DNA of 32,000 nt from Acinetobacter wanghuae (GCF_009557235.1 NZ_CP045650.1:2400001-2432000); one strand, 5' to 3'; shown: positions 9,128-17,935, counted from the stretch's first letter. The notes: generated from the sequence alone by a model not told the origin. Made by a program: numbers and translations.

Positions 9128-9460
9128 ATGGCACAGAATCTTTTAGCACAATTGGCAGCAGGCGATGCAAAATTTGCAGATGTACTTGCGCATATTGATG
9201 CAGCGTATCAACACACTGCAACTGCGTTTAAAAATGGCGCACAGCATAATGCTGCCACTGAAAACCAAGGCAGTGCTAAAGTCTTTTCTTTCGCCAAGCT
9301 TCATGATTTAGATCAAGCACAAACCTTAAGTTTATTTGCAGAACATTATGCTTCAGTATTGGCAACCCCTGATGCAACTGATCATCAAAACATTCGTCAG
9401 TTTATGATTCATGGTTGGGAGGGTATTGAGTTTGAAGGTACGGCTTTAACCGCTAAATAA
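9128..9460 (+). CDS. HopJ-type (type III effector HopJ1-like) family protein, 110 aa
   Basis: Sequence from MAQNLLAQL...; the pattern NGAQHNAATENQGSAKVFSFAKL...IRQFMIHGWEGIEF is as remembered for the HopJ family. The upstream 32 codons of the track ORF look like a spurious extension. Confidence 0.72.
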   Translation: MAQNLLAQLAAGDAKFADVLAHIDAAYQHTATAFKNGAQHNAATENQGSAKVFSFAKLHDLDQAQTLSLFAEHYASVLATPDATDHQNIRQFMIHGWEGIEFEGTALTAK

Positions 9461-9472
9461 TTTTAAAAGTTT

Positions 9473-9501
9473 AAAAAAACCGCTCAATGGAGCGGTTTTT
9501 T
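9473..9501. terminator. Bidirectional rho-independent terminator between the hopJ-like gene (+) and the 9529 gene (-)
   Basis: AAAAAAACCGCTC-AATG-GAGCGGTTTTTT. Confidence 0.85.
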
Positions 9502-9528
9502 ATGTCTAAAAAGTCAGGTATTCGGCAT

Positions 9529-10095
9529 TTAACTACGCTGTACTTTTTCAATCCATTGGATTGAATTGACACGGAAGACTTCACACGCACCATCACCCGT
9601 ATCAGTCGGTGTCAGTGACGATGTCCAAACCAAGTCTTTATCTTTGACTTCAACCAATTCGCCTTTTAGACGTACCAAATCACCGCGTTTCACATTCTTA
9701 ATGACTTTAGCAATCTGTGGATTGGCAGGAATAATATGCATATTCGACACCATTTGCATGGCTTTCTCTTTTTCGACAGGCACCCGATCCATTTTCCAAT
9801 TTAAAAAACGGTCGTATTGATTCACGGTAATATGACGTGCAATTTCAGGTTCAGCAAATAAGCCCCAACTCACCGCATAATCAATTGGTGAAAATTTAGC
9901 TTGCTCATCATCGGTATAGATTTTTGAACCCAAAATACGAAAATCACCCTTAAACGGCTTGAGTACCGAAATCGATTGCCCTGCTGCCAACGGTGGTAAA
10001 CCTTTAGCAATATTGTGTTCGACCGATGCTTGGCTATACATCGGTAACAAAAAAGAGGCTATTAAGACTGAATATTTAAGTGCTTTGAACTTCAT
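9529..10095 (-). CDS. Secreted protein of unknown function (paralog A; 188 aa from MKFKALKYS)
   Basis: Signal peptide MKFKALKYSVLIASFLLPMYSQA. The C-terminal half is alignable with the product of 10898..11482 (NMHIIPANPQIAKVIKNVKRGDLVRLKGELVEV...CEVFRVNSI versus NLSVIAANESVANQIRRLKSNQHIKLSGDWVNV...CRLFRVNAI). Confidence 0.75.
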   Translation of the reverse strand: MKFKALKYSVLIASFLLPMYSQASVEHNIAKGLPPLAAGQSISVLKPFKGDFRILGSKIYTDDEQAKFSPIDYAVSWGLFAEPEIARHITVNQYDRFLNWKMDRVPVEKEKAMQMVSNMHIIPANPQIAKVIKNVKRGDLVRLKGELVEVKDKDLVWTSSLTPTDTGDGACEVFRVNSIQWIEKVQRS

Positions 10096-10265
10096 TTCTC
10101 TATTAAATCCATCAATCATGTTGAACGATATATACTTTTATCCTAACGCCTTTTTGAAATTTAAATAGTTGAACTTGGTAACCATTTATCGCAATTTGTG
10201 CAAATGATGAAGTTCACAAAGTATTCTACTTTCGGTTAAGCTTCATCCCACTCACCATAATTCTA

Positions 10266-10901
10266 ATGACTCACATGCTCTATCGACTTTATCAAAAACA
10301 TATTTTTCCGCATGTGCTGAATCAAGTCATGCAAACCTCATCATTAATGGATTTACGCCGTGAACTCATGCTCAATATTTCAGGTGAAGTATTGGAGATT
10401 GGTTTTGGCACAGGATTGAATTTGGCATTTTATCAAGGCGTGGACACTGTCTATGCGCTAGAACCGAATCTTGATATTTATGCATTAGCCGCTGAGCGTA
10501 TTCAACTTACACCGTTTCATGTGGAACATATCTGCGCGAGTGCAGAACAGATTCCCCTACCAAATGATCATGTGGAACATATCATATCGACATGGACACT
10601 GTGCAGCATTCCTGACTTAAACCAAAGTCTGCAAGAGTTATATCGCGTGCTGAAACCGGGTGGCACATTGCATGTGCTCGAGCATGTCCTTAATCGTGAA
10701 AATTTGAATATTCAACGTATGCAGCATGTGCTTACGCCCATTCAAAAACTTGTAGCAGATGGTTGTCATTTAAATCGCGATATTGAAACCTTGCTGTTAG
10801 AAACTGGCTTTGACATTCAACATGCGCAATATATCAATGCTGTGGGTATTCCAAAGATTGGACAACGTATGCTGTTGGCGCGCGTTACCAAACCGTTTTA
10901 A
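10266..10901 (+). CDS. Class I SAM-dependent methyltransferase (Methyltransf_11-like)
   Basis: Motif I VLEIGFGTGLNL and post-I/II motifs (LKPGGTLHVLEHV). 211 aa. Confidence 0.88.
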   Translation: MTHMLYRLYQKHIFPHVLNQVMQTSSLMDLRRELMLNISGEVLEIGFGTGLNLAFYQGVDTVYALEPNLDIYALAAERIQLTPFHVEHICASAEQIPLPNDHVEHIISTWTLCSIPDLNQSLQELYRVLKPGGTLHVLEHVLNRENLNIQRMQHVLTPIQKLVADGCHLNRDIETLLLETGFDIQHAQYINAVGIPKIGQRMLLARVTKPF

Positions 10902-11482
10902 TTAAGGCGTGTAATAGCGTTAACGCGAAAGAGACGGCATTGCGCTGAATTTTTTGAGCCAAAACCCACATGAAACGCTTTGTTGATTTTGACTGAATGC
11001 ACATTGACCCAATCACCGCTTAGCTTAATATGTTGATTAGATTTTAGACGGCGAATTTGATTAGCGACAGACTCATTTGCAGCAATGACACTCAGGTTTT
11101 GAATCTGGGCTTGTAACTGATTCAGATTAGCTGTGCTTTCTTTCGGCTCAAGACTAAAACAACGTGCATCCTGTTCAAGTTTGACCTGTTTTAGCTCCAC
11201 CGTACTGACATTCGGCTGAACCAATAACACATCAATATTACTTAAATAGGCCAAATCATTAAAACTGCCCACCATAGGGCTCGCAGGATGCAACATCCGT
11301 TGATTCGGACTGTAATATTGTTTGTCTAGCACACGATATTCGGCTTCATGTGGTTCAATCACTTCGACCTTAAAATTCTTGAGCACGCCCGGTTGCTCTA
11401 AATGCGGAATCGCACGAAAATATTCAGACCAAACCCAAAGTCCTAAAGCAAACAGCGCTGCGGTAATGGCTAACTTGTCCAT
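10898..11482 (-). CDS. Membrane-anchored protein of unknown function (paralog B, 194 aa)
   Basis: N-terminal TM segment LAITAALFALGLWVWSEYF. Homologous to the product of 9529..10095. Starts 13 nt downstream of the nuclease-like gene on the same strand. Its stop overlaps the convergent methyltransferase stop (TTAA at 10898-10901). Confidence 0.75.
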   Translation of the reverse strand: MDKLAITAALFALGLWVWSEYFRAIPHLEQPGVLKNFKVEVIEPHEAEYRVLDKQYYSPNQRMLHPASPMVGSFNDLAYLSNIDVLLVQPNVSTVELKQVKLEQDARCFSLEPKESTANLNQLQAQIQNLSVIAANESVANQIRRLKSNQHIKLSGDWVNVHSVKINKAFHVGFGSKNSAQCRLFRVNAITRLN

Positions 11483-11494
11483 GCCTGATGGTCC

Positions 11495-11968
11495 TTAATC
11501 GGGATCTTGAAAATCAATACGAATCGTTTCAAAGCGCACCCGCCCTTCACGAATCGCTTGTGCAATCGCTTGCTGCCCTTTGGTGAGCCGTGCTCCGCCA
11601 CTTTTAATATCGATCAAGACCACTTCAATATCTTCCGCTAAGCCTTCGCCATCGCGAAAGTCGGTATAACCATCAAAGACCACATAGTCGATCGGGTCGC
11701 CCATAAACTTGGCATCACTGGGTAGATATTGAAACTCAGGCATAATGGGTGCCAGTTGTTCTGCCATTTTACCTTTCAGCACGGCACGACTGGTATTTAC
11801 ACTGCGTTTTTGCGCGGCAATTAACGCTTGCTGATGTTCGAGTTCAAGCTCTGCAATATATTGTTCATATTCCGCTTTAATCCGACCATTTCTTGATTGC
11901 CCAAGAATCATCGTGGTGAGCACCACCCCAATACAAGCACCAATCAACATCGCCATCCAAATGGACAT
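11495..11968 (-). CDS. Membrane-anchored endonuclease related to archaeal Holliday-junction resolvases (COG4741/PF10107-like)
   Basis: N-terminal TM helix, then a coiled-coil-like stretch. The C-terminal domain has PD-(D/E)xK-like elements: DPIDYVVFDG and EVVLIDIKSGGARLTKGQ. Confidence 0.78.
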   Translation of the reverse strand: MSIWMAMLIGACIGVVLTTMILGQSRNGRIKAEYEQYIAELELEHQQALIAAQKRSVNTSRAVLKGKMAEQLAPIMPEFQYLPSDAKFMGDPIDYVVFDGYTDFRDGEGLAEDIEVVLIDIKSGGARLTKGQQAIAQAIREGRVRFETIRIDFQDPD

Positions 11969-12088
11969 TCAAGTTTCCTAAATTTTAAAATTCAAATATG
12001 GGTTCGACTGAAGTCGAGGGCTTCTGTCATTTGTAAGTGAAAAAAGAATGATATGCTAGCTTTGAACAGAATAAAATCAATATGGCTC

Positions 12089-12733
12089 ATGAAAACGATC
12101 TTAGTCGCAAACCAAAAAGGTGGCTGTGGCAAAACGCTGACTGCCATTACTCTCGCCTCTGCTCTATCTGTAAAGGGCTATAAAGTCGCACTTGCCGATG
12201 CGGACAATCAAAAATCCGCGTTACAGTGGCTCAAACAACGCCCGACATCTGCAACGCCCATTCAGACCTTAGATTGGCGCAGCAGCAAATCCATTGGTGA
12301 TGTCCCTAAAAATATTGAATATCTCATTATTGATGCGCCGGGTGCATTGACGGATGAGCATGCCGAGCAATTGGTCGCTGAAGCGCATGCCATTATTACT
12401 CCGTTACAACCGTCATTTTTTGATATTGATTCAACGCGACGTTTTTTAAAGCATTTACAAGACATTAAACGAATTCGAAAAGGTAAAGTTCAGCTATTAT
12501 TATTAGCCAATCGTACCAAGCCGAATGCTGCAAACAATAAAGATATTCAAGCCTTCTTCGACAAAATTGATCAACAACCGATAGCGTGGATTTCTGAACG
12601 TACCGCCTATGGCAAACTGGCGATGCAAGGCTTAAGCGTCTTTGATCAATCGCAAAAAATCTATCAAGACATGCAAGCACAATGGCAACCTGTGCTTAAT
12701 GCCATTATTGACGACCCAAGCCAATGGTTCTAA
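12089..12733 (+). CDS. ParA/MinD-family P-loop ATPase (orphan; no ParB seen nearby)
   Basis: Deviant Walker A NQKGGCGKT directly after the start MKTILVA, and Walker B-like YLIIDAPG. The track ORF start at 12053 adds 12 unlikely residues. Confidence 0.87.
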   Translation: MKTILVANQKGGCGKTLTAITLASALSVKGYKVALADADNQKSALQWLKQRPTSATPIQTLDWRSSKSIGDVPKNIEYLIIDAPGALTDEHAEQLVAEAHAIITPLQPSFFDIDSTRRFLKHLQDIKRIRKGKVQLLLLANRTKPNAANNKDIQAFFDKIDQQPIAWISERTAYGKLAMQGLSVFDQSQKIYQDMQAQWQPVLNAIIDDPSQWF

Positions 12734-12823
12734 GGGTTTGCCGTTTTTAAAGCGGATTGAGATTGGAAATATTCATCCGAACTTTTCATACTCACGTTCT
12801 CGTGTGCATTTTTTTCAGTTAAT

Positions 12824-13990
12824 ATGCTGAATACACCTACATTAAAATTATGGAAGTCTGTGCACTCATACGCGCCTACATTACAAAAAGTCTTGTTGTT
12901 TGGACTGTTTTTTATTCTGATGTATTTGAGTTTTAGTATTCTCAAATACTTTATTGTTCCTGTGGTTTGGGCAGCGATTATTGCCTACATGACATGGCCC
13001 TTATATCAGTCTATTTTACGTATGTGTGGTCAGCGTCCAACATTAAGTGCCACGGTCATGATTTTATCGGTCATGTTAGTACTAGGTTTACCGTTTATTT
13101 TTGCAATCTTTATGCTGCAACATGAAGGACGCAATTTATATTTTGAATTACAAAAACAAGTCTTTTCTGGGCATGTCAATGTGCCTGATTTCATTCGACA
13201 ATTGCCCTTTATTGGCAAAGAAGTCACCCGTACTATTCGCGAGTTAAATAACGATCCAAACAGTATTATTCAATCTGTTGCGATGTGGATTCAAGGACAT
13301 TTGAACTACGGTAAAGTCTTGTTCAATGAGGTCAGCAAAAATATTTTCAAACTGTGTTTTGCTGTGATGTCGTTGTTCTTCTTCTACCGCGATGGGAAAA
13401 ATATTTTAGCGCAAGTGCGTAAAGCCTTTGAGATGGTCGTTGGCTCTCGTATTCATCATTATTTAGACACCATTTCAGATACCACACGTGCCGTCGTCTA
13501 TGGTGTGGGCTTAACGGCTGTCGCACAATCTTTACTTGCGGGTGTCAGTTATTTTGTTGCTGGTGTGCCAAACCCGATGGTACTGACTATTGTGACGTTT
13601 ATTTTTGCACTCATTCCCTTTGGTCCACCACTTGCCTATAGCGCCGTGTCGCTATGGTTATTCTCACAAGGGCAAACCATTGAAGCAATTGGGGTCATGG
13701 TCTGGGGCGTTTGTGTGGTGAGTACAGCAGATAACGTAATTCGTCCGCTTGTGATTTCAGGTGCAACCCAAATTCCATTCTTGCTGATTATGTTTGGCGT
13801 ATTGGGTGGGATTGCGAGTTTTGGTTTGGTCGGTGTCTTTATTGGTCCGGTGATTTTGGCTGTGCTGCTCGCCATTTGGCGTGAATGGCTGCATGAAACC
13901 CATCAGCATGAACCGCTTATGATGCCGAAAGCCACCATGGCCTATGATGTAGAAGAAGATCAAAAAGATAAAGACCGTACCCCGCTCTAA
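12824..13990 (+). CDS. AI-2E family transporter (PerM/YhhT, UPF0118)
   Basis: 388 aa polytopic membrane protein. The C-terminal half has the pattern DNVIRPLVISG...PFLLIMFGVLGG...GLVGVFIGPVILAV typical of UPF0118. The exact start is uncertain because there is no clear SD. Confidence 0.85.
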   Translation: MLNTPTLKLWKSVHSYAPTLQKVLLFGLFFILMYLSFSILKYFIVPVVWAAIIAYMTWPLYQSILRMCGQRPTLSATVMILSVMLVLGLPFIFAIFMLQHEGRNLYFELQKQVFSGHVNVPDFIRQLPFIGKEVTRTIRELNNDPNSIIQSVAMWIQGHLNYGKVLFNEVSKNIFKLCFAVMSLFFFYRDGKNILAQVRKAFEMVVGSRIHHYLDTISDTTRAVVYGVGLTAVAQSLLAGVSYFVAGVPNPMVLTIVTFIFALIPFGPPLAYSAVSLWLFSQGQTIEAIGVMVWGVCVVSTADNVIRPLVISGATQIPFLLIMFGVLGGIASFGLVGVFIGPVILAVLLAIWREWLHETHQHEPLMMPKATMAYDVEEDQKDKDRTPL

Positions 13991-14021
13991 GCGCGGTACT
14001 TACAAAGCTCTACATTTCAGC

Positions 14022-14036
14022 TGTTATTTTATAACG
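14022..14036 (+). promoter_or_regulatory. Zur-box-like palindrome upstream of sodC
   Basis: TGTTATTTTATAACG is identical at 13 of 15 positions to the rpmE2 box TGTTATATTATAACA in this same window. It lies 66 nt upstream of the sodC ATG. Confidence 0.4.
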
Positions 14037-14101
14037 TGGTGTTACGCATATTCTGATTCAATAGTCTTATAAGTCACAAAAACACGAAGGATTAGAAGAA
14101 T

Positions 14102-14662
14102 ATGTCATCATTACTCAAGATAACGGCTTTATGTACCTTAAGTACACTTGCCCTCGCGGGTTGTACAACCCATACACTGTCCAATATTGATACGAGCAAA
14201 ACTAAACCGATTAAAATGGTTCATGTTCATCAAGTGTCTGCGCAAGGCGTTGGTCAAAAAATTGGGACTATTCTCATGCATGATAGCCCTGAAGGTTTAG
14301 TCATTCGTACCGATCTCAGAGGTTTACCAAGCGGTGAACGTGGTTTCCACGTTCATGAAAACCATTCCTGCGAACCTGCCATGAAAGATGGAAAAATGGC
14401 GGCTGCGATGGCGGCTGGTGGTCACTTAAATTCAAATCAAGCACCGAATCATGGTACGCCAATGACAGGTCATTTGGGTGATCTGCCTGCCTTAAAAGTT
14501 GCTGCAAATGGAACAGCCAAAGTTAAACTTATTGCCCCACGCCTGACGCTTGCCGACGTTCAGGGTCGTAGTATTATGATTCACGCAGGTGGTGATAACT
14601 ATGCAGATACACCTCAACCCCTAGGCGGTGGCGGTGAGCGCATTGCCTGTGGCGTGAGCTAA
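14102..14662 (+). CDS. sodC: Cu/Zn superoxide dismutase, lipoprotein form
   Basis: Lipobox LALAGC at residues 16-21. Cu/Zn-SOD motifs GFHVHENHSC, GGHLN, GDLPAL and GGGGERIACGV. Confidence 0.93.
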   Translation: MSSLLKITALCTLSTLALAGCTTHTLSNIDTSKTKPIKMVHVHQVSAQGVGQKIGTILMHDSPEGLVIRTDLRGLPSGERGFHVHENHSCEPAMKDGKMAAAMAAGGHLNSNQAPNHGTPMTGHLGDLPALKVAANGTAKVKLIAPRLTLADVQGRSIMIHAGGDNYADTPQPLGGGGERIACGVS

Positions 14663-14685
14663 ATAAACCAAAATAAAGCAAAGTA

Positions 14686-14713
14686 AAAAGCACCGAAATA
14701 CGGTGCTTTTTTT
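14686..14713. terminator. Bidirectional rho-independent terminator between sodC (+) and the MFS pump gene (-)
   Basis: AAAAAGCACCG-AAATA-CGGTGCTTTTTTT. Confidence 0.85.
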
Positions 14714-14737
14714 ATGATTGGTATCATTCAAAGAGAA

Positions 14738-15967
14738 TTAAAACTCTCCTTTTAATTTCCGTTCATGCATTAATTTTTTCAGTTGGAGTCGTGGCAGTCC
14801 GAACCAGAAGGCAATTAAGATAAAGCACGACAAGCTATACGCCCAAAGATCAAAAGCTTCGTATAGCATACGAATCACTTCAATCATAATAAAGAAGCTA
14901 AACATCATTAAGACAGATACCGCAGCAGCGACCGTACCTTTAGGGGCTTCCGATGACATGAGAGCAAAACGATACAAGACTGAAAAACTCATGCCTTCGC
15001 CAAAGCTAATCAGTGTCATACCGATGATGAGACATGCCACGAAATAATCAGGAATGCATACGCCTAGAAGTAAAATGAGTGTACCGACAAACATCAGTGG
15101 GATGCCCCACATGATGGTGCGACCGAGTGGCACTTTTTCAATAATTTTCATTAAGACAATATTGCCGGCAATCAAACCGCCCAATACAGGAAATTGCGCC
15201 ATGCCGTATTGCATGCTACTGAGTCCTAAACGCTCGACCAAAATCACAGGTGACAGTGCAATCCACAGCATCAGCGGTAAACACACCAAAGGTAGCGATA
15301 AGGTTAAAATCAGGAAGCGTTTATTCTTCAAAATTTGTTTGTAGTCATCCCACACATAAATCCATGGTTTTTTACTCACACTGACTTTACGTTTCGGCAT
15401 TTTGGCATTTAAGCCAAACCAACTCAGAAATGACAAAATCGCAATGCCAATAAAGCCCCAATGCCATGACACGTGTTCAATCATAAATGCACCCAATACG
15501 GGTCCAAGTAATGGCGCAAGTAAGGATACATTTGCCATCAGTGCCATGACTTTAATCGCATCACGTTCTTCAAAGCTTTCTTGAATGGCGGCATAACCGA
15601 CTGCTGCAATCACGGACAGTCCAAAACCTTGTAAAAAGCGCACCGCTAAAAAGCTTTCAATATTTGGGGTCAGTAATATGGCTAAACACGTGATGACAAA
15701 GAATGCCACGCCACCCAATAAAACCCGTCTACGTCCTAAACGATCTGACAATGGTCCAAGCAATGCGGCAACACATGCCCCGCCCAATAAGAAAAATGAC
15801 ATTGAAGATGGCGCCCATGTGCTACTCACGCCAAAGTCTTTGGTAATGGCGAGCATGGCGGGCTGAACAAGGTCGTTACAGATATAAACTGAGAATTCAA
15901 ACAGTACCAACGCCAATGGAAACATCATGGTGGCACGGGTGAGTTTGGTGGTATGGGTATTTTGCAT
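14738..15967 (-). CDS. craA: MFS multidrug/chloramphenicol efflux pump, MdfA/CraA family
   Basis: 409 aa. Strong resemblance to remembered E. coli MdfA over the whole length (LVLFEFSVYICNDLVQPAML, GPLSDRLGRR, GYAAIQESFEE, ALMANVSLLAPLLGP). CraA is the Acinetobacter ortholog name. Confidence 0.85.
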   Translation of the reverse strand: MQNTHTTKLTRATMMFPLALVLFEFSVYICNDLVQPAMLAITKDFGVSSTWAPSSMSFFLLGGACVAALLGPLSDRLGRRRVLLGGVAFFVITCLAILLTPNIESFLAVRFLQGFGLSVIAAVGYAAIQESFEERDAIKVMALMANVSLLAPLLGPVLGAFMIEHVSWHWGFIGIAILSFLSWFGLNAKMPKRKVSVSKKPWIYVWDDYKQILKNKRFLILTLSLPLVCLPLMLWIALSPVILVERLGLSSMQYGMAQFPVLGGLIAGNIVLMKIIEKVPLGRTIMWGIPLMFVGTLILLLGVCIPDYFVACLIIGMTLISFGEGMSFSVLYRFALMSSEAPKGTVAAAVSVLMMFSFFIMIEVIRMLYEAFDLWAYSLSCFILIAFWFGLPRLQLKKLMHERKLKGEF

Positions 15968-16117
15968 TTAGGCGTCAAGGACTCATTTGCCCGAATCAAT
16001 GGACATGACTCAGGCTTTAATTTTGTGTAAATTTAATGCAGTTTAACAGAGTTGATTTTTAAAAGCTGTTCCCTTATGCGTCGACTTTAAATGCACTTCT
16101 TAGAACTAAAACTAAAT

Positions 16118-17127
16118 TCAAGATGCCTCTTTTTCAATTGTTTGTTGTTCAATTCCAAAATCAATTTCAGGATTAGGCTCAAATTTAAGCCAACCATTTT
16201 TCATCCACTTCTCTACATCATTTTTACCCAAAATATCCAACAGATTATTTAAAAGTGAGAATTTTGCCTGATTATCAAAATAGAAGATTACTATTCTTAC
16301 TCCTATATCTTTCTCAGCATTTAATCCAAAGATAGCAGTAATGTACTCTCTATCAGATGAATCTAAAGAATGACCCCAAATAAGAATATTCGTATCCTCC
16401 CAACTCATGAGATTTCTTGAATTTTTAATTTTATTTGTTATAGGAGATGTTTCATCTAAGAAAAGATAATCTGTTTCCTTAAATAATTTCTGATGATATT
16501 TAGTAAAACCATAAGCTTTCAGTCTTTTTATGGATTCATTTTCAATATCTGACACACCTAAAACTATATTTTGATTTTCACCAAGTCGTCCATGCAAAAA
16601 ATCAGTTTGGATTAATTTATAAAATTTTAAAAAACTATTAGTATAGTTAAATGAATAAATATGATTTGGGTTTATCCTATCATCGCCATTTATCTTAAAA
16701 TCAACTTTAGAATCTAACTTATCAATAACTGAGGTTAGATAAATATTAAATATACTTATAAATTTATCTAAAGATTTTTGTAAATTTTCTAGGATTATGT
16801 TTTCATCAATTTTTTGATATCCATTTTTATATGAGTTAATTTCATCCTTGATATAGAACCTATAATCATCGAAATCAAAACGTGTTTCTTCAGGTCTCTT
16901 GAATTTTCTTCCATATTCGTCTTCATCTTCAAAATCTCTGTAATAGCCAGACTTTAAGAGATTTAAGCTCTCTAAAGTTTTACAGTATTCAACTCTTATA
17001 AAAATTTGACTTTTTTTACATTTATTAGAATGATTAACATGACTAGAGTAATATCCGATCTCATCAATTTTTTCACTTATTTTATCTATAAATATACTTA
17101 TCGCTCTTAGTGATTCATTAATTTTTT
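16118..17127 (-). pseudogene. AbiH-family abortive-infection gene, C-terminal fragment (333 codons), separated from its N-terminus by the IS insertion
   Basis: It continues in frame from the N-terminal fragment once the IS and one target-duplication copy are removed (...WIDFEKKI | NESLRAISIFIDK...). Very AT-rich. Track ORF 16118..17239 extends artificially into the IS left end. Confidence 0.8.
17120..17127. repeat. Target-site duplication, left copy (AATTTTTT)
   Basis: Identical 8-mer directly abutting both IS termini (17120-17127 and 17944-17951). 8-9 bp duplications are typical of IS1-family elements. Confidence 0.8.
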
Positions 17128-17197
17128 GGTAGTGTACAAAAACAACGTGTTTTAATTTAGAATAGACGTGAAAATGTGTGAGCAATAAACCTTTAAC

Positions 17198-17479
17198 ATG
17201 ATCATAGAAAAGACAACTTATGTCTGCACCCGTTGCCAATCACCCAATATCCATAAGAATGGTCACAACAAAAGTGGAAATGCACAGTTCAGATGTAAAG
17301 ATTGTGGGCGCTCTAGTGTACTCAAACCCAAAATTAAATATACCGAAGAACAGAAAGAACTCATTATCAGTACCTATCTTGAACGAGGCAGTTTGAGAGG
17401 CATGCAGCGTCTATTCGGTGTTGCACCTGAAACACTGATGGGCTGGATAAAAAAAAGTAAACAGCAGGAAACTGAGTGA
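17198..17479 (+). CDS. insA: IS1-family InsA-like protein (zinc finger plus HTH)
   Basis: CTRC...CKDC zinc-finger pattern and an HTH-like segment RGSLRGMQRLFGVAPETLMGWIKK. It ends just after an A8 run, at the position of the IS1 A6C frameshift site. Confidence 0.82.
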   Translation: MIIEKTTYVCTRCQSPNIHKNGHNKSGNAQFRCKDCGRSSVLKPKIKYTEEQKELIISTYLERGSLRGMQRLFGVAPETLMGWIKKSKQQETE

Positions 17480-17935
17480 CGAATTACTTGATGCTCATCC
17501 AACAGATGTCCTTGAGCTTGATGAGTTATGGAGTTTCGTAAAAGCCCGTCGCCATAAGGTTTGGACTTGGATGCACTCTGCCATCGTACACGCCAAGTAG
17601 TGGCTTATGTGTGTGGTCAGCGTAATGATAAAACGTGTACAGATTTACGTTGCCGTATTCCCACAAGCTACTTTAATTTAGCAACCTGTAGTGATTATTG
17701 GTCAAGTTATGCTGAGGTATTTGATCCTGATACCCATCGCTCTGTAGGTAAACATACAGGTTTAACCAACCATGTTGAGCGTTTCAATGCCACATTAAGA
17801 AATCGCTTAGGGCGTTTTACACGGAAAACTTTAAGCTTTTCGAAGAAGAAAGAAAATCATGAAGCTGTCTTGCATCTATTTTTATTAAAATACAATCAAG
17901 ACATGAAAGATAGGTGGTTAACACGTCACATTTAG
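17451..17935 (+). pseudogene. insB: IS1-family InsB-like catalytic region, split over two reading frames
   Basis: 17457-17597 in one frame encodes VNSRKLSDELLDAHPTDVLELDELWSFVKARRHKVWTW. A different frame (the same as insA) from about 17570 to 17935 encodes ALCHRTRQVVAYVCGQRND...RFTRKTLSFSKKKENHEAVL. That parallels remembered E. coli InsB ([35 protein letters not shown]...LGRKSLSFSKSVELHDKV). Confidence 0.65.

Noticed and set aside
12642-12945. Small ORFs (62 and 71 aa) spanning the ParA / AI-2E intergenic region
   Set aside because: They overlap the ends of well-supported genes, and they have low-complexity composition and no RBS.
15054-15866. Several 60-96-aa plus-strand ORFs antisense to the MFS pump gene
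   Set aside because: Antisense ORFs of this kind are typical within a long membrane-protein gene. They have no independent signals, and the minus-strand frame has full-length MdfA similarity.
17128-17239. The first 37 codons of track ORF 16118..17239 (MATGADISCLFYDHVKG...)
   Set aside because: This part lies inside the IS left end, antisense to the insA start, and is not part of the original AbiH gene. I keep it only as a possible chimeric start in the findings.
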